NCBI RefSeq assembly: GCF_009834535.1
Contig: NC_045697.1
Location: 27,840,001-27,904,000 of the forward strand
Direction of reading: 5' to 3'
DNA from: Camelus ferus
Taxonomy: Eukaryota
DNA length: 64,000 nt
Shown here in pieces: positions 24,500-36,051 of the stretch. A program made the translations under genes and the position numbers. The notes under the pieces were generated by a model, which was given only the letters and a program-made list of their open reading frames with translations, was not told the origin of the DNA and did no database searches. How positions within the stretch are numbered: the first letter of the stretch is position 1; every line of letters begins with the position of its first letter.

Positions 24500-27400
24500 T
24501 CAAGTGTTCTGAATTCTATTATTACTTCTTCATTTATTAGCTGAAATACTTCCATGTGAGAATAGTCCTTCATCAGTGATTGAGTTACTCTTTGAGGTAC
24601 AGTCCTGAACAAATAAATACACCTTTACAATTTTATTTTTGATAAAAATGAAAAAGGTTTTGTTAGAAGGGATGCTTTATATTAGACTATTTTTTTCTCT
24701 TATGATTGCACGTCTTTCAAAGCATTCATTTCCTTCAACTTAGATAAAACAGAAAAATTAAAGAATAAAAGTGATTTAAGTAATGTCTTAAAATGACACG
24801 AACTATATAGCAAGTTAATGTGTAATTCGTTTCTAAAAGGAGTCAGAACTCATTGCTATAGGCATCAAAAAGGTCATTGAAGGCTTTATGAGCTAAATGG
24901 TAGGGTTAGAATTTAAACCAAAATGAGCCACAGAGCCCATCATCTTCCTGCACAGAGCTGCTCCTGCTGGTGGTAAAGGGTCCCAGGTACGGTGAGGTGT
25001 GGCGATGCTAAGGAGCTATTGCCGCGATGCAGTCTTCAAGTGGCAAGGCCTGTATGAGATCCCATATGGGGTGTAGGCAGCTCTTACCTTTTAAACTGAA
25101 TTTAACCTAAATTTTTTTTTTGAGGGGAGAGGGGATTGACCTCTAAGGCTCAGTATTTTAGCAAAGAGGCAGATAAATACCTGACATTGTTCCAGAAATC
25201 AGGGACCAACAAGTTTAGTGCAGTATGTATAGCATGTAGATTTGAATATTTTGTGCATATTCATTGATATAAGTGATTTCGAGGGGAAAAGGATTTTGCT
25301 TGTTTATTTTTAATCTCGTTTGATTTCCGAAAACCTTGAAGGTAAATGAGATCTGCTTGATCTCCAGACCAGGTCTTTTTCCTTACACTCCTGAGAATAT
25401 GAGTGCTTTTATTTAGAAGGATTTGCATCAAGATCCTGACAAGCCGACTGAATGAAATCTGTAAGAGTAAATTAAATTTAAAAGGCTTGGAGGAGGATGG
25501 CCAGCCAGGGTCGAGGCTGCTGAATTATCTGACCTCATTGATATAAGCAGGCGATCTCACATCCTTTGTTTACGGCCCGCTGTGGGGCCCTGGACAGCAA
25601 TTCATAGAACCCTATCCATCTGTACAGCTGCTAGGCTGGGAACTGGTTAATAATAGATCTCAAGACACAAAAGGGGTTTTCATCCTTCATTATGAAATCA
25701 TCCATTTTTCACTGGCTGTGGGGTTTGTTCTTGCTGCTATACAGAAGAGGGTGGCAGCACCATTGATTTGAGCAGCCTGTCATCAGATTGTGTCCGCAGA
25801 TTATAATACGTCCTGTGATGTGGCAAGTATAATTTTGAAGTCATGGCCTTATGTTGAGTTCATGATGACATTCACGTGTTGTCATGAGACCCAAGATAGC
25901 CTTCAGCAAAGCAGCGATGCACAAGAACGACACAGTATTACTTCTGTAATTGTGTGTGAAGATGTCTTAGTTGAACGCATAGAGCAGGGACACCACTAAC
26001 TACAGGATTGTTGTCATGGCAGGGGCGATGCGGAGTTTAAATACTGAGACGCAGGAAGTGATCTAGAACCAGGGGCGTCTGCAGCTTTTTCAGGTAGAAC
26101 CCAATCTAGATCTTGTTCACTTTTCCACCCAAACCAAAGTGATCTGTAGACTTCACCTTTAACCAAAGTGCTGAGCACTTCAATCAAACAGATAGAAAGT
26201 GCCTGGAGCAGGTTGCTGAAGATCTGGGTGGTGCATGGGCAGTGATTCTATAACCTGTGAAATGGCGAGCAGACTGGTTATTTTCCTTGTGAGGAAGCAG
26301 TTAATGTATTTTAGCACTAGAAGTGGACTAGTACAAAACACAGAAGAGGGCTCACACATAATGAAAGAAGAGAGAGACCAAACAGGATCAAGATGGACAT
26401 TGTATTTACTTTAGGTTAAAGATTGGCTTATTTCCTAAGGAGAAATTAGAGTGAATACAAGCTAATAGTCTTCCTGTGTAAAAAGTGCTAGTAAGAAATT
26501 GGTGAGGGGGGTGGGCGTTTCTCAAAAGAAGAAATGTAAATGGTATTTTCAAAAAAAGATTCGGCTTCAGTAATTAAGTCAATATAGGAATAGTATCAAT
26601 TTTGATGCTAACAAATTGGCAAAATTTTTAATTTTTTAAATGGTAATGCACATTGCTGGTAGAAATGTTGGGAAGCAGGTTCTATTTTATTGATGGAAAT
26701 AACAGAGTATCTTTGGATGATACAGCAGATGCTCTGGAAAAATGTACATGGCTTCTCATTCACCCTTTCATAAAATTTACCCTAAAAATTAATTAAGAAT
26801 GTGTGGGAAGGTGTAAGTATAAAGATGCTCATTGCTGTCTGCAGTGGTGAAAATTTAGAAGCAACCTAAATGCCCAATGAAAGGAATTTTTTTAAGTCTA
26901 ATTTGTTCACACAGTGGCACCTTGAATTTGATGGTATACAACCAAACTTAATGAGAAAGAAACGTTTTCCCACTAAATTGCCAAGTGATGTTATGGTTAC
27001 TATACAGTATACATACTATAATCCATATGAAAAAGAGTTTGGAGGGATTTTTTTTTTTAAAAAAGGATATTCATGGTGGTCGGTTCTAGGTTGTCTTTTT
27101 GCCTGTCTTGTTTCTTTCTGATTTTTCTGTTATGAACATAAGGAGACAAGGAAAGGTGTTTAACATTCATATATGGTGTGAACTTCTGTTGAGATGCATG
27201 GTAATTGTAAGCAAGCTTCACTGCTCAGAAGAGGCTGTCCCCATTGTTCCAGAATGTCATGGTTTGTGTATTTGAGTTAGAAACGCTAGTTGGTGCTCAC
27301 CTGGTTATGACCATGGGGTCTGGCTTTCATTACATAAAATGGCATCTTTCATAGGTACAGGAAGCAAATTCCAGCCATTCCGGGGGCAGAGGAGAGGAAG

Positions 27401-27539
27401 GAGTTGGGGTGGGGGGGTGAGGAATATTATATTTTATTTTTACTGGTTTATATTGAAAGTACCCTTGGGATTTAGGCGGACACCTTGTTTTGTTTCCTAG
27501 GCCAATCACCAGAGCACCCTAGAAAGCATAACTAAGAGA

Positions 27540-27596
27540 ATGCTCATGTTTGACCCCGTCCCTGTCAAGCAAGAGGCCATGGACCCTGTCTCGGTG
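27540..27596 (+). CDS. KLF3: KLF3 coding exon 1 (exon 2, which starts at 27501): MLMFDPVPVKQEAMDPVSV
   Basis: Acceptor ttttgtttcctag|27501, ATG at 27540, donor GTG|GTAAGT. The peptide is the KLF3 N-terminus with SUMO motif VKQE (K10). Confidence 0.97.
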
Positions 27597-30500
27597 GTAA
27601 GTTTTCCAAAACTGAATGTCTCTCCTTATTCATTCCAAGTGTCAATTACCTTACTGTGGTGGCATTATTCCTTAAAGTTACTTGACAGGCATTTGGTGGG
27701 CAAACTTTTCTGAAAGCCTCTGGTAGTAAGTGGGGTAAACACCCTCCTAGTGACTGTACCCCATGTAATGGGATTCGTGTTTCCTTAAGCGCCCTCCCCA
27801 CGCCCCAGAGATGATCAGCGTAGAACTTGAACCACAGGCGAATCTAGTCATAATAGAAGTCAATTTACAAAAACCTCTCAGTTACCAGTTTTTTAATTTG
27901 AGCTCTCAGGATTATTGGTTTTGGCAAAAAAAGAAGAAAGAAGAAAAGAAAAAGGTTGGCCAGGTTGATTTTTAAAAATTAATATGCGTCTAGGGACATT
28001 AAAAAAAAAAACCTGTATGCAGTGTTTATCATGATAAGGAAGCAGTTTCCAAATGTACTTACAAGAAGTCTGCATCATGAACATGTTTACTTAGAGGTGT
28101 TTTTACTGCAGATCACCGCCCAGACTATATAGAAGAGTTTTTTAAACATGTTTGTGAATGTCATTTTTTTTTTTCATACTGGAGAAAAAAAATATTCCAT
28201 TTTGTCTCATGTAGTGTTCAGGATGTCCTTCACGGGGCTGATCAAAAAGATAAAACCTGAAGGGAAAAACTCTTCAGTTCTTTTGCATGTAAAAATATAT
28301 TAAGAATAAAATGATTTGCTTAAAATCACTGCAGCCATATGGAGCTGTGAGGGTATGAGAGGGACCTGGGAGGAAGCTAGCAAAAGAACGAACTTGGTGT
28401 GAGGGTGGAATGAATCCCTGCTTCACTTGGAAGAGTTCTGGCTGGGAGGGAATTAGGTTCACTGTCGTTTTCAACACCTTAGTGCTAAGCTAGCCCCTCC
28501 CGGGAGCCAGGCCCCTCTACCTGCTTCTGGGCCACCAGGGAACCAGTGGTTAGTCCAGGTGTTTATGTAGATGCATCACTGCTGTGCCGGTGGGACACGG
28601 GGGACCACAGAAAGGTGTCCGACTTCAAAGCAGGGAGTGGTTGAGACTTGAGGGGATCTGGGTTAGTAAATATGAAATAACAAAGCCACGCTCCCAACTC
28701 TGCCTTGCTCTTTTCTTTTGCGGGCTTGGAAAATACTCACAGGGGGAAAAACTTGGCCTGAGTTGTATATCTGAAGGTTGGTAATGACACGCTTGCAAAA
28801 ATTAGATCATCCTTCTGCATTGGCTGTGGAGGTTCCTGCCAAAACTGTTTATACAAGACTCCGGGGTCACTCCAAGGCCCTTGGAACTGAGTTGCCATAG
28901 AGATTACTAAGCCAGTGAAGTGTTTACCACTGTGTGCAGTGAAAATTTAAGTCAGAGTACCTTTAAGGAAATAACATTTACATTCTCACACAATAACTGG
29001 ATAACCGTGTGTCTGAATATGATAATAACAACAATAAGAATTATTAATCAGAAAACTAAATTGACTTCTAATGTTACTCATGTTGTCATCATAGTCATCA
29101 ACTCCTTTCCCCCAACTATTACATAATCACATTGGAGGAAAATTAAGGTATAAAATTTCCCCATTAATTATATCCTTGAAATATGAAGTTTTTTAGTACT
29201 GAAGAATATGATTAATTTTATAAATGATGCAGAACCATCAGTGATGCATTTTACTATTCATTATACTTCCAATGCTTTTAATCAAGCATGAGAATGTGGC
29301 ACCGGAGCCTAATTTAAAGCTAAAATGAAGTTGGCAGGATACAATTAAGGCAAGGAAATGCACTTTGCTGAAAAAAAATGGACATAAAATGAATTTGAAG
29401 TAATAGTTATACTTGTAACGCTCTAACTTATATTAATACATGAAGTTAAAATATGTAGAAGTATTTTTGCAATTTAATGTTCTTTTTCTCCTTCATGCTC
29501 CAGTTTTCAACTTCAACTGATGCTTATAGAATTTAATTAGATCATTTCACCAAAAGATAGTTTCAGTCCTTACAATGAAGTTTCTTCTTAATTCAGCAAA
29601 ATCTCAGTGAACTGAAACATTTGGGGGAGTAGTAGGGCATTGGGATTATTTTTCATAACAAAATTACATGAAAAGCTTTTGTTTCCACTCTTAAATCTTC
29701 AAATTTCATCTTTCCTGCCTTCATAGGTGGAGTGTATGAAAACCTGATTTATTGTTCCTTTATTCCTTTCTTTTTAATTCCACCTTTAGCCTGAAGGTTG
29801 AAGTCTTTATTTATTCAGGTCACTGTCCTAAACGTGAAGGCAGTGTAGGACATTTGAAGATTTTTGTTTTAATTCCACGTGAATAAAAATATTTTATAGT
29901 GACTCATTTATTCTCCTTTTTCGTATAAGGTGAGAGAAGAGCAGAGGCAATCTGCCTGTTTGGTGTTTTGCTATAGTTTAGAGAAAGAGAGGAAATGTCT
30001 TTCTTTCTAACGAAATGTAAGCCTTCACACTGTCCTGTAGTAAACCATGTGCCCTGAGGCAAATGGTAAGACTCTGGGTTGTCCTGTTAAAATTTGCAAG
30101 AACTGGGAGCAGAGCACACCCTCCCCTCTGTGCTGAGGATCTCTGCTTCCTACTGTCAGTGCCACGCCAGCAAAGCCACCAGTAGCTCCCTGAACCTCCA
30201 ATTTTTTCTCATTTGTAGAATTGGAGATTATAATTTGTAAAATATGAAATGGCAGGTGTATATAAAATATGTATGTAAAGGAGTTCTTTCTACCAATACA
30301 CTTCCAAAGAAGGTTGAAAGATTAAAAGAATTTAATTCAGGAAGTGAGAAAGAAAAACTTTTTTAAATTACTCTTCCTTATTCTAGTCCTACAGAAAGAT
30401 TACTTTTGAAGAAAGTGTATTTTTTACTTTTCTTTAGTGAAAATTGTGATCTTATCGATTGAAAAGTACTAAAAATCAGTAGTTCTTCTGCCCTGTTCTA

Positions 30501-32329
30501 ACAAACTTTTCATAACTTTTCTGAGCCCGGCAGAAAGAGAGCTTTCTACTTTTGTTTGCAGAGAAGGGCATGACATTTACTGTTTCCAGAGAGTTTGTTT
30601 ATAAATGCACCACGCCTTCCTGCACTTGGAACCCCACCCTTGGTTTGAAGATTCCTTTGACTTGCCATGGCCCTGTCACGGATGTCCACATTTTTTTCGT
30701 ATTAATGAATAGTGAAACAGAGACTCTTCCATGTATCGTGCAGTCATTCCATCCACTGGAACCAGCTTGTAATGGAAAACTCACCAAAACTGTTCCCAAT
30801 AAAATAAGAAACTCTTAATTCTCACTTTCATATAAGGTGATAGCCTTGGAGAAAAACAGATGTTTTGGAAAAGCAAACCCATTATCACCCCTAGTGGGGG
30901 TCGTGAGGCGGGGAGACCCTTGCTTGAGTCTCGCCTCCAGGCTGCTCTGTTCCAGCAAACAGGGCTCCTCGGGTAAACGGTGTGCGTGGGGGGCCGTGGA
31001 TGCCCGTCTGTGGCCAGAGCCACTCTTTCTGCAAGAAGACTTGCCTCTGTTTCTGATTTCAGGCTGGTGCAGCCACACTTTGCATTGCTTTGTTAGAAGA
31101 CAGGAATGATCTGGAGCAGAGAGGAAGCAGCTATTACCAGGGCATACCCACCCAAGGCATACACCCCAGCAAGCCCCGTGTCAGTCCTTACACTGGAGAA
31201 CCAGATTGTTGCAAGCCGATTGCAGTAGCTCATGCGCTCCACCCAAACAGTTGCAGTAAACACGTCTCATAGGAGGTTCTGGTAAACATTGCTCTGAAAT
31301 TTGCCAGTTTGAAGAACCACATTTCTTTACCCTTAGGTGAGGCAGTCGGACGGGAAATAGTTAATAGTGTACTCAGTTGTTTGGACCTCTGCTTTTAGCC
31401 CTGCCTAGAGCCTTACAAAAGCCGCATGTCCAGTCAAGGGGACAGGGAGCGTTGATGGAGGGCAGGCTCTCTGCAGAGCTGGGCATAATGTTTACAAAAC
31501 TTAACTCTGTGGGTGGCTGGTTCTTTATGGCTTGAGAAACCTGAGACTGTTATTAAATTTGCAAATCTCCCAGGTTCTAAATCCCTGCTTTCCTTAAACT
31601 CACCCCACAGATAGGAAAATCCAGCAATGACAGCAGTAGAAGTATGTCCCCATTTTTGCTTCCTATGTAGCTGCCAATAACTTGGCATTAAAATCTAGGT
31701 CATAGGGAGGTCTTTGAAGATTAGGGCTGAAAATAAGGGAGAAGCTACATTTCAGTGAGGAGAAACAATGAACGCTGCCTCCCATTTCCTGGAGTTTTTG
31801 TTTCTCCTACCAGAACTTTTGCCTTTTAGAAAATTATATCAAGCTGGTTAAACTTTAGAGCCAGGAGTAATCTTCTTTTTCCTCCTGTAATTAATTACTT
31901 CCTTAAACCCTCATTGTACATAATTTATAATTTTTTGTTAGTAAGCCTGGTGCCTCTTTTGATTTTGCCTATTCTAATATTATTTAATTTTAATATTACT
32001 GTCTGTTTTGGGCCTCTGACCTTACGTTGTACCAGTGTGTATCTCCTTCTAAAGAAAGGTAGAAATAGTCTTTTCCTCATTTGATCTCTGATACATCACT
32101 CAAAGCTATTTTTAAAAACCATAATTTATGTAGTTTGTGTTTCCTGATTTTATAACCTCATGTCCTTGTTTTTAAGCAGTATTATTTAAACAGTGAAAAA
32201 TCTTTTCCCACCCTTTAAATTGTGTTTAGACAGTTTACCAAATTTTTATACTAAAAATTAATATTTGTATTGTATACCTCTGTCATTTAGGGCTATGCTG
32301 TTCCAAAGGTGGTCTATGGCACCTTGGCT

Positions 32330-32410
32330 CACTCCCCAGTAATTCAGAACCTGCATTTTAACAAGATCCCCAGGTGAATTTGTGTGCTCAGTAAAGTTTG
32401 AGACACCCTG
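32330..32410. mobile_element. MER5-like hAT-Charlie fragment
   Basis: cctgcattttaacaagatccccaggtga...taaagtttgagacaccctg signature. Confidence 0.6.
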
Positions 32411-32642
32411 ATAGGGAGCATCAAAGCCATGACAGTGTACCTGTTATGTAAGGAAGGAGGAGAAGGGACCCCCTAGGACCACAGTGTGTGTTAAGTTCAT
32501 CACATAGGCATCTCATTGAGTCCAATTTTAGTCTTAACCCCACAAACTCTTAGAAGGTGGGCATCCAGTACCATCTTTGACAAGTTTTGCCATATCCTCA
32601 TGCACCTGTACTTCTAATATTTAGGAAGTCATTTTTCTTGCC

Positions 32643-32752
32643 TTTTTTTAAAAAATTAAAGTGTGTTAATTTACAGTGTTGTATTAGTTTCAAGTATACA
32701 GCAAAGTGATTCAGTTACACATATACATGTGTATATCTATTCTTTTCAATTT
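32643..32752 (-). mobile_element. Short L1 3' end fragment
   Basis: T-run followed by ...ttacagtgttgtattagtttcaagtatacagcaaagtgattcagttacacatatacat, typical of an antisense laurasiatherian L1 tail. Confidence 0.75.
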
Positions 32753-34091
32753 TTTCTAGAATTGCTTTTTTAACATAAAATTATTTTAAAAAGGAACTTT
32801 GTTACTACTGTTAAAAAACATAGGTTTTTTTCTTACGCATTTAAATAAACATGTAAGTATTTTAAAGTGCTGTATGTTCATTGTGTACCGTCTCTAAGTA
32901 TCTGGGGTACCCTCAGAGAGATGTGCACCAGACTGCGGGAACCACTGTTCCAGGTGGTTATATAGATTACGATGACACTGTATCAAGAAAGAAAGGACAA
33001 AAGAACAAAACACATAATCTTAATGATGAGAAACTAATGTCAGAACCAGATAAAGGTTTGCTTGGTCCCTTACTTTCCAGTACTCTGTCCAGTACTCTGG
33101 TGCTCAGTTGGCCCAGAGAAGGAACCGGGCATCTGGAGTTTTAAAAGTGGCACCAGGGATTCTGATGCGTAGCCAGATGGAGATTCTCCCGGAGAGGAAA
33201 AGGTGTGGTCTCAGTAGCAGCCCCAGTCAAAACCACTGCTATCCCACAGTTATTTGTAACTTATGTTAGTGGCCACTGGAGGAGCTTGGGAGGCTCAGAA
33301 ATTAATAGTACATTCAAGCTGTTTAATTATAAGGCCCTGTTGGTGGGTTTTCTTGGGTGCATCATGAGCTAATGTTGCCTCAGAATCACGAACCATACAG
33401 GGTTTTAGAGCTGGAAGAGAGAGGCATGGTATGTTTGTTGCTTATCACTTTGATTGTGAAACATTCAAATACAGGTCATTTTCTGCAGACAGACTTGACA
33501 TATTATGACTAAAAATTTCAGTTTCTCTAAAATGCCTACAGGTAAAAAAAAAAGGCTTATGTTGAATTTAATTTTTCAAAAAGCATTCTACAACAGGGCT
33601 TTTCTTTTTAGTTTTAGTTAAGGAATGGAAGTAATTTTAGTGAATTCCATGGCCAAGGACACAGTGTGCAAACATTATGATTGATTTATATTTAAAGCTG
33701 GTAGATGAGAGGTTATCCTGATATTATAGGAGAGAAAGGTACTTGAAGATAAATTAGGTCAGTTGTGGAACACATCTTAGACTTGGGTGGAAACAAACCA
33801 TTTTGTCTCTCCTCCAGTATCTTGTTAGGTTATCCTCCAGCCTCTTTTGACAAGGGGGTAGCAAGGAGTCAAGGAGAGAAGGCTGGGCCTTATGTGCAAG
33901 TCGCTTCCAGCATCACATGTCCTTATTTGAGTCATATTATATTAGCTCTTTCTTACAATTCTGTGTCATCCACAGGTTTGGAAATTAAGTCATCCTCTGT
34001 AGCTCCATTCAAACTGTGAATAAGTCCGTTGAACAAGTTGGGCCAAGGATGTAAACACCCTAGTGTGGGTGGCCTCCCACATACAGGTGTG

Positions 34092-34204
34092 TAGGGTAGC
34101 TGGCCATCCTAGTTTGCCTGAGTCTGGGCCATTTCCTAGGATGTAGGACTTTTAGTGCTAAAGCCAGGAAAGTCCCAGGTAAACCAGGACTCTTGGTCAC
34201 CCTG
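34092..34204 (-). mobile_element. MER81-like hAT (Blackjack) non-autonomous DNA transposon
   Basis: ~113 bp with TIR-like ends TAGGGT... / ...TGGTCACCCT. Internal sequence resembles the recalled MER81 consensus. Confidence 0.75.
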
Positions 34205-34748
34205 GGCATGGATTGGTCAGTGGCCAAAGTCCAACCAAAGGCACTGCCTTGCAACTCTGTTTGTCTGTGGTACACACAAGCATGTGGGAAGTGTCCGGTT
34301 TCTTTCTGCTGAGGTAGAAGACACTAGAGCCAGGGAGAGTACTTCCTGCCAATTAAGAAACCCATCAGAACGGCAGCGAGATTAGTTGGCTTGGCTAGTT
34401 CTTGGTGAACCGTGATGCCAGCTCCCAGTGGTAAAGGCCCATAAGCCTTCTGTCTCGTAACCTGTTTTAGAATCTTTCTAGGTGTCATCCTCATCCTTAA
34501 CACTGGCATCATCCTAGAACTGAATTGGAGATTTTTCATGACACAGTTAACACATCAGCCTTAGTGCTTACCTTGACTAGACCAGCTGTCGTAGCATTTT
34601 TTAGGGTCAAGCGTGTATCTAAATCCAAACCACTTACCAAAGTCCACATACCTGAATGAGCCTTGCTGTGTATGTTCACCTCAATTTGTGTTTCAAGCAA
34701 ATGTGCTTACTTGGCTGTTGACACGTTTCTGTCTGTCTTTGCCAATAG

Positions 34749-35235
34749 TCATACCCGTCTAATTACATGGAGTCGATGAAGCCCAACAAGTACGGCGTCA
34801 TCTACTCCACACCATTGCCGGACAAGTTCTTCCAGACCTCGGAAGGCCTGTCGCACGGGATGCAGATGGAGCCGGTGGACCTCACTGTCAACAAGCGGAG
34901 TTCACCGCCCTCGGCTGGGAGCTCTCCGTCCTCCCTGAAGTTCCAGTCCTCACACCGGAGAGCCTCGCCCGGGCTGAGCATGCCCTCGCCCAGCCCGCCC
35001 GTCAAGAAGTACTCGCCACCACCGCCGGGCGTGCAGCCCTTCAGCGTGCCGCTGTCCATGCCGCCCGTGATGGCCGCGGCGCTCTCCCGGCACGGGATTC
35101 GGAGCCCGGGCATCCTGCCCGTCATACAGCCCGTCGTGGTGCAGCCCGTCCCCTTCATGTACACCAGCCACCTCCAGCAGCCCCTCATGGTCTCCTTGTC
35201 GGAGGAGATGGAAAATTCCAGTAGTAGCATGCAAG
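34749..35235 (+). CDS. KLF3: KLF3 exon 3 (487 nt): repression domain with PVDLT CtBP-binding motif (aa 61-65)
   Basis: Acceptor ccaatag|TCA, donor AAG|GTAAAC. Translation SYPSNYMESMKPNKYG...PVDLT...SSSSMQ matches ORF 34767-35303. Confidence 0.98.
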
Positions 35236-35900
35236 GTAAACGCCACTGCTCACCCACACTGCTGCTCCTGCTTTGTGTGTCCTTACTGGTCTTCACCAGA
35301 TAGTCTGGGTGAGGGAGCAAAGGATGCCAAGAGCTGTTGAACTCTTAAGGAAATAGTCAACTTAGAGTCTGCCTAAGGCATTTCCTTTTTTTTTTTTTAA
35401 GTGTTGATACTGGAAGAGCTCCCAAGAATCAGGCTGTCTGTTTAATACTATGAAACAGTTAGTTTCACTGTGTAATTGTCAACTTTGGGATAAGAGATTT
35501 TGACTTTATTTTGCTTTATTGAATGCCAGCATGGTTCTTGGTGCAAAAAGACATTTAAGAAATACTGTTAAACCATAGTGATGACTATTAAGAGCCACCT
35601 TGTTCACTGACTGGTCAGAGGCAGAAGACTGGGGTTAAAAGGAGATAACCAAAAATCATAAGGAAGAAATCCTCCGGGGGTTGATGTCTTAAAAGTCCAG
35701 CTTCCTACATACAATGCTTGCTAGCAGAATTATGGTCAGGAGAAAAAGAATCCCCCGCAGATTCATTTCTGCTGTCATTTTGCCAAAGACACATACATAC
35801 ACACACAACGGCATAGTAGGTAGAAGCTGTGCAGTAAGCTTTTAAAGGCTGAAATTGGTGAACTGTACATAGAGTGACTTTTCTGTTTTTATTTTTTTAG

Positions 35901-36051
35901 TACCTGTAATTGAATCATATGAGAAGCCTATATTACAGAAAAAAATTAAAATAGAACCTGGGATCGAACCACAGAGGACAGATTATTATCCTGAAGAAAT
36001 GTCACCCCCCTTAATGAACTCAGTGTCCCCCCCGCAAGCATTGTTGCAAGA
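35901..36051 (+). CDS. KLF3: KLF3 exon 4 (151 nt): VPVIESYEKPILQKKIKIEP...QALLQE, SUMO motif IKIE (K198)
   Basis: Acceptor tttttttag|, donor AGA|GTAAGT. Phase is consistent with exons 3 and 5. Confidence 0.97.

Noticed and set aside
34802..35320. 172-aa antisense ORF
   Set aside because: It is a shadow of GC3-rich KLF3 exon 3.
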